From NCBI RefSeq assembly GCF_964194155.1, contig NC_135901.1, forward strand, positions 22,258,001 to 22,322,000: a stretch of 64,000 bases of DNA, read 5' to 3'. The translations under genes and the position numbers were made by a program. Below, in pieces: positions 45,045-57,885 of this stretch. Position 1 is the stretch's first letter, and every line of letters begins with the position of its first letter. Below the pieces are notes generated by a model. That model saw only the letters and a list, made by a program, of their open reading frames with translations, ran no database searches and was not told where the DNA came from. This stretch comes from Cetorhinus maximus. Taxonomy: Eukaryota.

Positions 45045-48000
45045 TTTTTTTGCAAAAATATACTTTATTCACAAAATATCTTCAACAACATTTCAAACCA
45101 TTTCAAAATCACCAACACAAAAATACAATCAGGTTCAACTTTTACAACGTGTATCACGAAATCCATTGATACAAAAAATGAATATTACAATAATTTGCAG
45201 ACATTCATTTTGAGCTGTACAGCCCGAGGGGGTTTAGACAGTTCCCAACCCCTCGGTGCACTGTGGCAGAAAGGTCTTAGGCAGCGACCCTTCCCCATTG
45301 CGCCTTTGCGGCGGCTGCCCCAAGCTTTAGTGCGTCCCTCAGCATGTAGTCCTGGACTTTGGAATGTGCCAGTCTGCAACACTCGGTCGGGGACAACTCT
45401 TTGCGCTGGAAGACCAACAAGTTTCGGGCAGACCAAAGAGCGTCTTTCACCGAGTTGATGATCCTCCAGCTGCAGTTGATGTTTGTCTCGGTGTGTGTCC
45501 CTGGGAACAGCCCATAGAGCACAGAGTCCTGTGTCACAGAACTACTCAGGATGAACCTCGACAGAAACCACTGCATCTCTCTCCAGACCTTCTTTGCAAA
45601 GGCACAATCCACCAGGAGGTGAACAACGGTCTCTTCCCCACCACAGCCACTTCGAGGGCAACGTGCAGAGGGGTTGAGACTCTTGGCATGTAGGAAGGAT
45701 CTGACAGGGAGGGCCTTTCTCACCACCAGCCAAGCTATGTCTTGGTGCTTGTTGGAAAGTTCTGGTGATGAGGCATTCTGCCAAATGACTTTGACAGTCT
45801 GCTCGGGGAACCATCCCACAGGATCCACCCTCTCCTTTTCCCACAGGACCTCTAAGACGTTACGTGCCAACCACTGCCTGATGGACTTGTGGTCAAAGGT
45901 GTTTCTCTGCATAAATTTTTCCATGAGGGACAGGTGGTAAGGCACGGTCCAACTACTTGGAGCATTCCGCAGCAGTGTGGCCAGACACATCCTTCGCAAC
46001 ACCGGGGACAGGTAGAACCTCAGCACATAGTGACACTTGGTGTTTGCATACTGAGGGTCTACACACCGCTTGATGCAGCCGCACACAAAAGTGGCCATCA
46101 GTATGAGGGTGATGTTGGGCACGTTTTTTCCCCCTTTATCTAGAGGCTTGTACATCGTGTCCCTGCGGACATGATCCATTTTCGACCTCCAGATAAAGCG
46201 GAAGATGGCTCGGGCGATCGCCACCCCGCAGGACTGTGGAATGGGCCAGACCTGCGCCACGTACAGCAACAGTGAGAGTGCCTCACACCTGATGACCAGG
46301 TTCTTACCCGCAATGGAGAGGGAGCGTCGCTCCCACATTCCCAGTTTCCTCTTCACCATAGACACTCGCTCCTTCCAGTTTCTAATGTATGCTCTGGTCC
46401 CTCCGAACCATATCCCCAGCACCTTCAGGCCGTCAGTCCTGACAGTGAAGGGGACAAAGGATCGGTCAGCCCAGTTCCCAAAGAACATGGCCTCGCTCTT
46501 CCCACGATTTACCTTGACTCCCAAGGCCAGTTCAAACTGGTCGCAGATGTGGATCAGTCTGCGCACCAACAGCGGATCCGAGCAGAAGACGGCGACATCA
46601 TCCATGTACAGGGAGGCTTTGACCTGAGTGCCTCCACTGCCTGGGATTGTCACTCCTCTTATGCCCGGATCATCCCTGATGGACTCAGCAAAGGGTTCTA
46701 TGCAACACACAAAAAGAACAGGCGAGAGAGGACAGCCCTGCCTGACTCCAGATTTAATAGGAAAGCTATCTGATTCCCACCCATTGATTGAGACTGCGCT
46801 ACTGATGTTAGTGTAGAGCAGTTGGATCCAATTGTGAATTCCCTCCCCAAACCCCATTTTGGAGAGCACATCCCCCATGTAGGTGTGCGATATTCTGTCA
46901 AAGGCCTTCTCCTGATCCAGGCTGAAGAGGCAGGTATCCACACCCCTGTCCTGCACATAGGCAATCGTATCCCTGAGCAGCGTGAGGCTGTCAGAGATCT
47001 TCCTGCCTGGCACAGTGCAGGTCTGGTCAGGGTGGATCACCAATTCCAGAGCGGATTTGACCCGATTGGCGATGACCTTGGACAGAATCTTATAGTCCAC
47101 ATTCAACAGTGAAATGGGTCGCCAATTTCTAATTTCCTCCCTTTCCCCCTTGTGCTTGTAGATGAGGGTGATGATGCCTTTCCTCATGGATTTTGACATA
47201 CTGCCGGCCAGGAGCATACTCTCGTACACTTCTAGCAGGTCTGGGCTGATCCAGTCCCACAGAGCCGAATACAACTCCGCCGGCAAGCCGTCGCTTCCGG
47301 GAGTTTTACTCTTCTCGAAGGACTCAAGGGCCTTAGTCAGTTCATCAGGAGTTAGCGGTTTGTCCAGGCTCTCCCGTGTACTGTCGTCTAAGACCTCCGT
47401 GATAGAGGACAGGAAGGACTGGGAGGCCGTGCTGTCCGTGGGCTTCACGTCATACAATCTGGCATAAAAGGATTTGCTGATCCTCAAAATGTCGGACCGT
47501 GATGACTTTACTGAGCCATCTTCTTCCTTCAGGCTGCTGATCACAGAGCTCTCTCTGTGTACCTTTTGGAAGAAGAAACGTGAGCACGTCTCATCCTGCT
47601 CCACGGAGCGGACTCTGGAACGGAAGATGATCTTGGAGGCCTCCGAGGCAAAGAGCGAGGCTTGCTGGCTCTTCACCTCTTGGAGTTCCTCCTTGACATC
47701 GACCCCCATCGACTGCAGCCGGAGCAGATTCTGCATGTTTTTCTGGAGTTGGGACATTTCCCTCTGTTCCTTTCTAGCTTTCTGGGTGCCTTTGAGGATG
47801 AAAAACCTCTTGATGTTTCCCTTGATCGCTTCCCACCAGCGTGTCAGAGACTCAAAGAGGGGTTTCATGGTTCTCCAACCTTTGTAATCCCTCTTGAGCT
47901 CCTCAATGTTCTCTGGGGTCGGCAGTTGCACGTTTAACTTCCATGCCTCCCTGCCCACCCTCTGGTCTTCCTCTAAGTGACAGTCAGCCAGTAGGAGGCA

Positions 48001-48364
48001 GTGGTCAGAGAAGAACACCGGCTTGACGTCGGTGGATCTGACTGCGAACGCACGGGACACAAACAGGAAGTCTATCCTGGAACGGATGGACCCGTCTGGT
48101 CGCGACCAGGTGTATCTACGCTGCGCTCCGTCTGCAGGGTTGCTGAAGACGTCGTGCAGCTTGGCATCCTTAACTGTTTCCATCAGGGATCTGGACGTAG
48201 CGTCCAATCTGCTGTCGGCCCTGCTGGATCGTCCAGCCGCATTAATGATGCAGTTGAAGTCACCGCCCAGAATGACCGGCCTGGAGGTCGCCAGCAGCAG
48301 TGGGAGCTGCTGAAAAACCTCCAGCCGCTCGGCCCCTTGTGACAGGGCGTACACGTTAACGACT
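45045..48364 (-). mobile_element. Tx1-clade element, 5'-truncated within the endonuclease
   Basis: Poly(A) at ~45043-45051; 18-bp TSD ttctctgtaacctgtctt at 45027-45044 and 48365-48382; close relative of Tx1-1. Confidence 0.93.
45277..48360 (-). pseudogene. Tx1 ORF2, open but missing about 108 N-terminal residues
   Basis: Aligns to Tx1-1 ORF2 from NVY onward with no stops; YMDD intact. The listed N-terminus (48361-48441) is flanking DNA. Confidence 0.88.
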
Positions 48365-48479
48365 TTCTCTGTAACCTGTCTTAACTCCTCTGTCGGCTCA
48401 TTTATTGAAACCAGGGACTCTCCTTGATCTAATGATGACATTCCCTGTCTGCCCAGTTATCACTTTAAGTCAACCCTTG

Positions 48480-48975
48480 TATTGTTTGTGCATTGTTTCA
48501 TCATGTTCCCACTTTTCACTAACAAATGTTGAAATGTTTGCTCAACTTTATCATCTGTTTAAAGCTCCAAACAGAAAGGTCCAGTTTTCTCCTGGAGTTT
48601 GAGACAAATCAGCTTTGAAAATTATGCAGAGTTTCAGCCAATGAAGGAGATCCGGGCTCAGCCCCGCCCCTCATTCACTCCGATTGGTTGAAGAACCAGC
48701 CTCTCGATTCTATCCTCCAGCCGCGCCCCCTTTTTCTATTGGTCCGGAGCTGCTGTCAAACAGGCGAGCACGGCGAGCTGGAGCATGCGCAGTATGACTG
48801 TTGAGGCTGGACACCATTGCGCAGGCGCAGCGTCGAAGAGTCTGGAGCATGCGCAATGCGATTGATGGCCTTGCGGGAAGAGGCGCCTGTTTGTCCCGGA
48901 GAAGTGGAGTCAGAGCGAGGCGGTGGGTGGGAGGATTTGGAAACACTTTGTGGAGGCCCCAAACCCCCAATAAGA
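48480..48975 (+). promoter_or_regulatory. ZNF promoter module, copy 2 (ZNF-E promoter)
   Basis: ccaat 48638, gccccgcccc 48661, two attgg boxes and NRF1-like gagcatgcgca (48781, 48845) and tgcgcaggcgca (48818). Confidence 0.78.
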
Positions 48976-49177
48976 CTCATTGATTTTATTGTCAGTCTGC
49001 AGACAGGAGCTGGAGAACTGAACCCAGGCAGAGGGGAGGGAGGGAGAAAACTGGGAGTGGAGGAAAGAAATGGTGGAGATGGTGAGATGGGTTTGGATTT
49101 CAGCCCAGGGAGGAGGGAGAGTGTGTGGGATGGGGATTTACAGCTTTGGGGGAACAAGAGAGGAATAAGTGTTCCAT

Positions 49178-49613
49178 AGAAACTAGAATTGTCTGTTCTG
49201 AATTTCTAGGCTGTGCTGACAGTTAAGAGTTTTGTAAACTCCTTTTGCAGGATGTTAGAAGGGGAAGATTTACAGAGGGAAGCTCAAATCAAACTTCACA
49301 TCCAGATTTAAAACCGTCACTCGATTCATCAGGACCTGAATATCATCAGCAATTGAACGTGGAAGGAGAAATACTTGTCTGTTTTGTCTGTGGGAAAAGA
49401 TTTCAAACATCAGTGTGACTGGAAAAGCACTGAGACACACACACCCGTGTGAGAGTGTTCCAGTGAACTAACTGTGGAAAGAGCTTTAACCAGTTATACA
49501 ACCTGAAAAAACATCACACCATTCACAGCGGGGTGAGACCGTACACGTGTTCTGTGTGTGGACAAGGCTTTAACCGATTATCCAACCTGGAGAGACATAA
49601 GGACTCCGGCACC
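49178..49613 (+). other. Acceptor module plus leader with three decayed fingers
   Basis: ccttttgcag| followed by CFVCGKRFQTSV*LEKH*DTH, FQ*TNCGKSFNQLYNLKKHHTIH and YTCSVCGQGFNRLSNLERHKDS. Confidence 0.8.
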
Positions 49614-50540
49614 ATGGACAAACCATGGAAATGTGAGGATTGTGGTAAAGGATTCAATTATCCATCTCAGCTGGAAATCCATCGACGCATTCACACTGGG
49701 GAGAAGCCGTTCACCTGTTCCGTGTGTGGGAAGGGATTCACTCAGACAACCAAACTCATGTCACACCAGCGAATTCACACTGAGGAGAGGCCATTCACCT
49801 GCCCTGTATGTGGGAAGGGATTTACTCAGACATCCTGTCTTATGTTGCACCAGCGAATTCACACTGAGGAGAGGCCGTTCAGCTGCACTTACTGTGAAAA
49901 GAGGTTCAGGTCTTCATCTGACCTCAATATACACCAGCGACTTCACACTGGTCAGAAGCCATTCACTTGCCCTGTGTGTGGGAAGGGATTCACTCATTCA
50001 TCCGGCCTTAGGTCACACCAGCGAGTTCACTCTGAGGAGAAGCCATTCAACTGTACTTCCTGTAGAAAGAGTTTCAGGCATTCATCTGCACTTGCTGAAC
50101 ACCAGCGAGTTCACACTGGGGAGAGGCCGTTCACCTGTTCTGTGTGTGGGCAGAGATTTACTCAGTCATCCAGTCTGCTGAGACACCAGCGAGTTCACAC
50201 TGGGGAGAAGCCGTTTAGCTGCACTTCTTGTGGAAAGAGTTTCAGGCAGTCATCCACCCTCATTGCACACCAGCGAGTTCACACTGGGGAGAAACCGTTC
50301 ATCTGCTCTGTATGTGGGAAGAGATTCACTGTATCATCCGCCCTCGAGTCACACCAGCAAATTCACACTGAGGAGAAGCCATTCAGCTGCACGGACTGTG
50401 GAAAGAGGTTCAGGTGTTCATCTGCTCTCCTGGCACATCAGAGAGTTCACACTGGAGAGAGACCATTCAACTGCTCCGTGTGTGGGAAGAGATTCACTCG
50501 GTCCTTCAACCTAGTGACACATGAGCGAGTTCATAAGTGA
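49614..50540 (+). CDS. C2H2 zinc-finger protein ZNF-E (11 fingers)
   Basis: Kozak accATGg at 49614 (MDKPWKCEDC), in frame with the listed ORF; paralog of ZNF-A; ends HERVHK*. Confidence 0.92.
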   Translation: MDKPWKCEDCGKGFNYPSQLEIHRRIHTGEKPFTCSVCGKGFTQTTKLMSHQRIHTEERPFTCPVCGKGFTQTSCLMLHQRIHTEERPFSCTYCEKRFRSSSDLNIHQRLHTGQKPFTCPVCGKGFTHSSGLRSHQRVHSEEKPFNCTSCRKSFRHSSALAEHQRVHTGERPFTCSVCGQRFTQSSSLLRHQRVHTGEKPFSCTSCGKSFRQSSTLIAHQRVHTGEKPFICSVCGKRFTVSSALESHQQIHTEEKPFSCTDCGKRFRCSSALLAHQRVHTGERPFNCSVCGKRFTRSFNLVTHERVHK

Positions 50541-50745
50541 CTGCAGGGGTTGGATTCTGCTGTTATCGCTGCTGTTAATCATGTTCAGGATTAATAGTCT
50601 GACAATGTCAAGTTTGTTTCTGCTGATGTTAACAACCCCTATAACTGGATGGAGCTTAATATTCTGGAGATGTCACTGATACTCGGGGCTGCAGTGTCCC
50701 TTTTTAAAAACACCATCTGTGATCATTCCCCTTAATTCATGAACT

Positions 50746-51625
50746 CTGCTGGAAGGTCGGATGCGTTCCACAGGACGTGCATGACACAAAAATAATCACA
50801 ATTTACAAAAACAAAGGGGACAAAGGAGATTGCAGCAAAAACTTTGTCCACCAAAGTCCCTCTGTCTCATCCACTCCTTTCATGACAACATACCTTGTAC
50901 TGTACAGTTTGGCGGCTCCACTTCTGACAGTTTCAGGGTGTAGAATGGAGTGAAACAGGGCTGTGTCCGAGTCCCCAATTTGTTTGCTATTTTCTTCTCC
51001 ATCTTCCCTGCAGATATGGAAGGAGTTTCCCTGAATACTTGGTCAGACGGCAAACTCCACAATCTGTCCAGACTGAAAGTGAAGACAAAATACAGCCTGT
51101 CTCGATCAGAGACCTCCTCTATGCTGATGATGTCATGCTTGTGACTCACACAGAAACTCAGCTACAAAGACTCATGGACTGTCTCTCCCGTGTCTGTAAC
51201 TTGTTCTCCCTTACTGTAAACATCAAGAAAACTGTGGTTTGGGGACTGGGTGTCCGTCCTTGATCACACTGGAAGTGGCCGGTGAAATCTGTGACTTTGG
51301 GTCCACAACGACAGACAATCTGTTTCTTGATGCAGAACTCGATACATGCATCGGGAAAGTGGCTCCACCTTTGGCCGACTCACATCAAGCTGTCTCTCAG
51401 CATCAAGATGCTGGTTTATGAGGCCTGTGTCCTCAGCACCTTGTTGTCTGTCTGTGAAACATGGACGATTTACAGTGATCAAGAAAGGAAGCTCAACAAC
51501 TTTCACTTTCGCTGTTTGCAGCACATTCTGGGCATCTCAGGGAAAGAATCAGGAACGTGGCTGTCCTCTCAAAGACAAATCTCCCAAGTAGGCTGGCTCT
51601 CATCAAGCAGAGATGACTTCACTGG
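50746..51625 (+). mobile_element. RTE-clade LINE fragment
   Basis: GVKQGCV, IRDLLYADD and VYEACVLSTLLSVCETWT. Confidence 0.8.
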
Positions 51626-51725
51626 CTCTGAAGAAGAGTCATATGGACTTGAAACATTAACGCTGTTTCTCTCTCCACAGATGCTGTCAGACCTGCTGGG
51701 TTTTTCCAGAATTTTCTGTTTCTAC
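51626..51725 (+). mobile_element. Penelope terminal-repeat fragment with hammerhead core CUGAAGA
   Basis: CTGAAGA-a-gagtc-atatg-gactt-GAAAC-att followed by cagatgctgtcagacctgctgg. Confidence 0.7.
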
Positions 51726-52387
51726 CCCATAAGAGGCTTCTGGCCTCTCTTCCATGGTCTTGTCCATGCCTGGGTGGCTCTGGAGACGGAGCATGTGGTG
51801 TCCACTCATACGGCTGATACTTTCCACCACTGGTGGGTACCTCAAGGTACAGAATGTCTCAGAGACACTGAAAACAACATTCTGGTTTAGTTAGGAAGGT
51901 TCTCTTCACTCTTGTTGGGGCTTTGATGCTGATTTTGGGCCCTTTTCATTTAATTGGACAACGTGCTTGAGAGAAGAAAGTATGTTCTATAGAAACTAGA
52001 ATTGTCTGATCTGAATTTCTATCCTGGACTGATAGTGATAACTTTTGTCAACTGTATTTACAGGATATTAGAAGGAGATGACTTGAAGATGGAAAACTCA
52101 AACCAAACATCTCATCACAATCTGACAGAGTCACTCAATTCATCAGGACCTGAATATCATCAGTCTTTGAATGTCGAAGGAAAAATGTTTGTTCTGATTG
52201 TGGGAAAAGATTTCAAGCGTCAGTGTGGCTGGAAAAGCACCGAGACACACACACCCGAGTGAGAGTGTTCCAGTGCACTGACTGTGGATAGAGCTTTAAC
52301 CAGTTACACAGCCTGAAATAACGTCACAAGATTCACAGCGTGGAGAGACTGTACATGTGTTCTGTCTGTGGATGTGGCTTCAACTGA

Positions 52388-53014
52388 TCGTCCAACCTGG
52401 AGAGATACAAGGACACTGAGACCACAAAGAAACCGTGGAAATGTGGGGACTGTGGGAAGGGATTCACTTGCCCATCCCAGCTGGAAGCTCATCGACGCAC
52501 TCACACTGGGGAGAGACCGTACACCTGCTCCGCGTGTGGGAAAGGATTCACTCTGATGTCCAGCCTTCAGTTACACCAGCGAGTTCACACTGACGAGAGG
52601 CCTTTTAAATGCTCTGACTGTGGGAAAGGCTTTAAAATCTCACCGGACCTAATTAAACACCAGCTTGTTCACACTGACGAGAGACCATTCAGTTGTTCTC
52701 AATGTGAGAAGAGATTCAGACAATCGCCTCACCTCATTCAACACCAGCGAGTTCACACCGGGGAGAGGCCGTACACCTGCTCCATGTGTGGGAAGGGATT
52801 CACTTCATCATCCAACCTGGTGACACATCAGCGGGTTCACACAGGGGAGAAGATATTCACCTGCTCTGTGTGTGGGAAGGGGTTTTCTCAGTCATCAAAC
52901 CTGCTGACACACCAGCAAGTTCACACTGGGGAGAGGCCGTTCACCTGCTCTGTGTGTGGGAGGAGATTTGCTCGATCGTCTCACTTGCTGACACACCAGC
53001 GAGTTCACAAGTGA
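52388..53014 (+). pseudogene. ZNF-F: 7-finger open frame that has lost the family start codon
   Basis: accacaaagaaaccgtgg replaces accatggagaaaccatgg; the first ATG (52556) falls inside finger 2; ends HK*; leader at 51991-52387. Confidence 0.7.
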
Positions 53015-53139
53015 CTGCAGAGGTTGGATTCTGCTGTTAATCACATCCTTTGTTTCTGTTGCTGTTAGTAATGCTTATATCTGGGCTGGAGTTTACTATT
53101 CTGGATATCTGTCAAATAAATGAGTTTAGATGAAAGCAG

Positions 53140-56100
53140 ACAGCGCTGTTGTAAGAACCTAAGAGAAGGGAAGAGAAGCGTGAGAGGTGTGTCTCCAGTT
53201 GCAGCTCCTGGAAGCCCGGGCTTTGGAGCTGGAGCGGCAGCTGGGGACACTGTGGAGCATCTGCGAGGCGGAGAGTATCATAGAGAGGTGGTCACACCGT
53301 AGGCTAAGAGTCCACAGGCAGGAAGGGAATGGGTGACCACCAGGCAGAGCAAGAGGACTAGGCACGCAGTGCAGGAATCTCCTGTGGCTATTGCCTTGTA
53401 AAACAGATATACCACTTTGGATACTGTTGAAGGGAATGGCCTCTCAGGGGAAAGCAGCAACAGCCAAATTCGTTGCACCGTGGTTGGCTCTGCTGCACTG
53501 GTGAAGAGTAAAAAGTGTGGGAATGCAATAATTAATTCAATTGGAAGGGGAATAAATCGACATTTCTGTGGCCGCAAACGAGACTTCAGTATGGTATGTT
53601 GCCTCCCTGGTGCTAGGGTCAAGGATGTCTCAGAGCGGCTGGAGGACATTCTGAAGGGGGAGGGTGAACAGCCAGTGGTCCTGGTACACATTGGTACACA
53701 CGACATAGGCAAAAAAAGGGATGAAGTCCCAAAAGCAGAATATAGGGAGTTAGGAAATAAGTTGAAAAGTAGGATCTCAAAGGTAGTGATTTCAGGATTA
53801 CTACCAGTGCCACTTGCTAGTCAGAGTAGAAATAGCAGGATATGTCGGATGAATACGTGGCCGAAGAGATGGTGTGAAGGGGAGGGTTTCAGATTCCTGG
53901 GACATTGGGACCCAGTTTTGGGGGAGGTGGGCCCAGTACAAACTGGACGGGTTACACCTGGGCAGGACCGGGACTGATGTCCTAGGAGGAACATTTGCTA
54001 GAGTGGTTGGGGAGGGTTTAAACTAAAATGGCAGAGGGATGGGAACCTATGTAAGAAGTCAGAGGAAGGGGAATCAAGGACAAGAACAAAAGACAGAAAG
54101 GGGAATAAGAAAAGTGATAGGCAGAGAAATCAAGGGCAAGAATCAAACCAGGCCCTCAGTGAACATTAGTGGGAACAGGGCAAGTAATGTTAAAAAGACA
54201 AGCCTTAAGGCTTTATGCCTTATTGCGAGGAGCATTCACAATAAAGTGGATGAATTAACTGCGCAAATAGATGTAAACAGGTATGATATAGCCGGGATTA
54301 CGGAGGCATAGCTGCAGGTTGACCAGGGATGGGAACTGAACATCCGGGGGGAATTCAGTATTTCGGAAGGAAAACAAAAAGGAAAAGGCGGAGTTGCATT
54401 GCTGGTTAAAGAGGAAATTAGCTCAATGGTGAGGAAAGATATGAGCTCCGATGATGTGGAATCTGTATGGGTAGAGCTGAGAAACACTAAGGGGCAAAAA
54501 ACGCTAGAAGACGTTGTATATAGACCCCCAAGCTGTAGTGGTGATATTGGGAATGGCATTAAACAGGAAATTAGAGACGCATGCAATAAGGGAACATCTG
54601 TAATTATGGGTGACTTTAACATGCATATAGATTGGGCAAATCAAATCAGTAACGATACCGTAGGGGAGGAATTCCTGGAGTGTGGACGGGATGTTTTTCT
54701 GGATCAATACTTTGAGGAACCAGCTGGAGAACAGGCCATCCTAGATTGGGTATTATGTAATGAGAAAGGAATAATTGGCAATCTAGTTGTGCGAGGCCCC
54801 TTGGGGATGAGCGACCATAATATGAATTAATTCTTCATCAAGATGGAGAGTGACGTAGTTGATTCTGAGACTAGGGCCCTGAATCTTAATAAGGGAAACT
54901 ATGATGGTATGAGGCGTGAGTTGGCTATGATGGATTGGGAAACATTACTTCAAGGATGAGGGTTGATAGGCAATGGCAAACATTCAAAAGAGTGCATGGG
55001 TGAACTGCAGCAATTGTTTATTCCTGTCTGGTGCAAAAATAAAATAGGAACGGTGGCCAAACCATGGCTTACAAGGAAAATTAGAGATAGTATGAGATCC
55101 AAGGAAGAGGCATACCATTTGGCCAGAAAACGTAACAGGCCTGAGGATTGGGAGCAGTTTAGAATTCAGCAAAAGAGGACCTGGCGATTGTTTAAGAAGG
55201 GGAATGTAGGGTACAAGAGTAAGCTTGCCGGGAACATAAAAACTGACTGTAAAAGTTTCTGTAGGTATGTGAAGAGAAAAAGATTGGTGAAGACAAATTT
55301 AGGTCCCTTACAGTCAGAAACAGGAGAATTTATAATGGGGAACAAAGAAATGGCTGACCAACTAAATACATTCTTTGGTTCTGTCTTCACAAAGGAGGAC
55401 ACAAATAACATACCAGAAATGTTGGAGAACACAGGGTTTAGTGAGAGGGTGGAACTGAAAGAAATCAATATTATTAGGGAAATTGTGTTGGGGAAATTGA
55501 TGAGATTGAAGGCAGATAAATCCCCAGGGCCTGATAATCTACATTCCAGAGTACTAAAGGAAGTGGCCCTGGAAATAGTGAATGCATTGGTGGTCATCTT
55601 CCGAAATTCTATAGACTCTGGAACAGTTCCTACAGATTGGAGGGTAGCTAATGTAACCCCACTACTTAAAAAGGGAGGTAGAGAGAAAACAGGGAATTGT
55701 AGACCAGTCAGCCTGACATTGGTACTTGGGAAAATTTTAGAGTCCATTATAGAAGATTTAATAGCTGAGCACTTGGAAAACAGTAGCAGAATTGGACAGA
55801 GTCAGCATGGATTTATGAAAAGGAAATCATGCTTGACAAATCCACTGGAATTTTTCGAGGATGTAACGAGTCGAGTTGATGAGGGGGAGCCAATGGATGT
55901 GGTTTATTTGGACTTTCAGAAGGCTTTCGACAAAGTCCCACATAGATTGGCGTGTAAAATTAAAGCGCATGGGATTGGGAGTAGTGCATTGAGATGGATA
56001 GAAAACTGGTTGGCAGACAGGAAACAAAGAGCAGGAATAAACGGGTCTTTTTCCGAATGGCAGGCAGTGACTAGTGGGGTACCGCAGGGATCGGTGCTGG

Positions 56101-57093
56101 GACCCCAGTTATTCACAATATATATTAATGATTTAGATGAGGGAACTAAATGTAATGGATCCAAATTCGCAGATGACAAAAAGCTGGGTGGGAGGTTGAG
56201 CTGTGAGGAGGATGCAGAGATGCTTCAGTGTGATTTGGACAAGCTGAGTGAGTGGGCAAATGCATGGCAGATGCAGTATAATGTGGATAAATGTGAGGTT
56301 ATCCATTGTGGTAACAAAAACAGGAAGGCAGATGATTATCTGAATGGCTATAAATTGAGAGAGGGGAATGCGCAACGAGGCCTGGGTGTTCTCGTACACC
56401 AGTCGCTGAAGGTAAGCATGCAGGTGCAGCAGGCAGTAAAGAAGGAAAATGGTATGTTGGCCTTCATAGCCAGAGGATTCGAGTACAGGAACAGGGATGT
56501 CTTCCTGCAATTGTACAGGACCTTGGTGAGACCACACCTGGAATATTGTGTGCAGTTTTGGTCTCCTTATCTGAGGAAGGATGTACTTACTATGGAGGGA
56601 GCGCAGCGAAAGTTTACCCGACTGATTCCTGGGATGGCGGGACTGACATATGAGGAGAGATTGAGTCAGTTAGGATTACATTCGCTGGAGTTCAGAAGAA
56701 TGAGAGGGGATCTCATAGAAATCTATAAAATTCTAACAGGACTAGACAGGGTAGACGCAGGAAGGATGTTTCCGGTGGTGGGGGCGTCCAGAACCAGGGT
56801 TCACAGTCTGAGGATATGGGGTAGACCATTTAGGACTGAGATGAGGAGAAATTTCTTCACCCAGAGAGTGGTGAGACTGTGGAATTTGTTACCACAGAAA
56901 GTAGTTGAGGCCAAAACATTGTATGTTTTCAAGAAGGAGTCAGATATAGTTCTTGGGGTGAAAGGGATCAAGGATAGGGGAGAAAGTGGGAGCAGGCTAT
57001 TGAGCTGGATGATCAGCCATGATCATAATGAATGGCAGAGCAGGCTCGAAGGGCCCAATGGCCTACTCCTGCTCCTAGTCTCTTTGTTTCTAT
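53140..57093 (+). mobile_element. Near full-length CR1 LINE (ORF1 SGNH esterase plus ORF2)
   Basis: ORF1 VCCLPGARVKDV..VLVHIGTHDI..VVISGLLP; endonuclease VYRPP and MGDFN; RT ORF 54963-57095 with KFADD. Several stops. Confidence 0.95.
53417..53977 (+). pseudogene. CR1 ORF1 SGNH/GDSL-esterase remnant
   Basis: Degenerate block I (IINSI), block II (PGA) and block III (HIGTHD). Confidence 0.8.
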
Positions 57094-57095
57094 AA
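54963..57095 (+). pseudogene. CR1 ORF2 RT region (710-aa open stretch)
   Basis: KSPGPD, RPVSLT, YLDFQKAFDKVPH, GVPQGSVLGP and KFADD. Confidence 0.88.
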
Positions 57096-57477
57096 GGGCT
57101 AGGAGCGGGATTAGACTGAATGACCTGTCACGCCTGCTCCGCCATTCAAAACGATCATGGCTGATTTCAGCCTCAATTCCACTTTCCTGCCTGTTCCCCA
57201 TGATCCTCAATTCCTTGAGAGAGCAAAATTCTGTCTTAGTCTAAATCTCAGTCTTCAACATCTTCAACGATGGAAACTGAAAATGAAACTTTATAGGACT
57301 GAAGGAGGCCATATGGCCCATCATGTCTGTGCCAGCCCAATCCCACTATCCAGTTCTTCGTCTGTAACCTTGTAGGTTACAGAATGTCAAGTTCGTGACT
57401 TTATTGATTGGTGCTATGGTCAGTCTCCACCTCATTCCCAAAAAATAATCACAACCTGAATTGTGAATCACAATGGT

Positions 57478-57885
57478 GGGGCTTTTACCCAGCATTCCCC
57501 GAGGTAGAGAATGTCCCCTATCCACACAACAGGAGACCAGTGCACAGGCTCAGTGCCCCCCAGTGTTTGGAGTATGCACAGTGTCAGTCATGACCACGGA
57601 GAGCCACTTGTTTGTCGCTCCTGCAACTGGTAGAGGGAGCGATGGAGCCGGCAGCTGGACGGGGAGGATTTGGAAACACTGTGGATCCGCAAACCCTGAG
57701 GAATAATTATCAGCTCCTGGTTTGCAGCTGCGGGGCTTCTCCCTCCAGGGAACAGGCCCAGGTTAACGGCCGCCATCCTGGGTCAGCGAGTGGAGGATGG
57801 TTCACATCAGAGGATGGGGGAGGGGGGACAATAAATAAGAGGTTACACTTTGGGCTCAAATCAATGAGGACTCTGATCTCTCTTT
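57478..57885 (+). promoter_or_regulatory. ZNF promoter module paralogous to 7420-7880, with a ZNF143/Staf-like site
   Basis: ttacccagcattccccgag at ~57485; near-identical to 7635-7875. Confidence 0.65.

Noticed and set aside
12460-48382. Strict sequence-specific Tx1 target
   Set aside because: The three target sites (cctaagat, atgaagctctgaa, ttctctgtaacctgtctt) share no clear consensus.
48361-48441. Novel N-terminus of the 1054-aa Tx1 ORF
   Set aside because: It overlaps the TSD and flanking DNA, so it is a chance in-frame extension.
49400-49470. Selenocysteine or readthrough recoding at the shared TGA-CTG in the leader finger
   Set aside because: The same leaders carry further non-shared stops and indels, copy F has TGG at that position, and no SECIS was identified. 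CpG decay or plain pseudogenisation is simpler.
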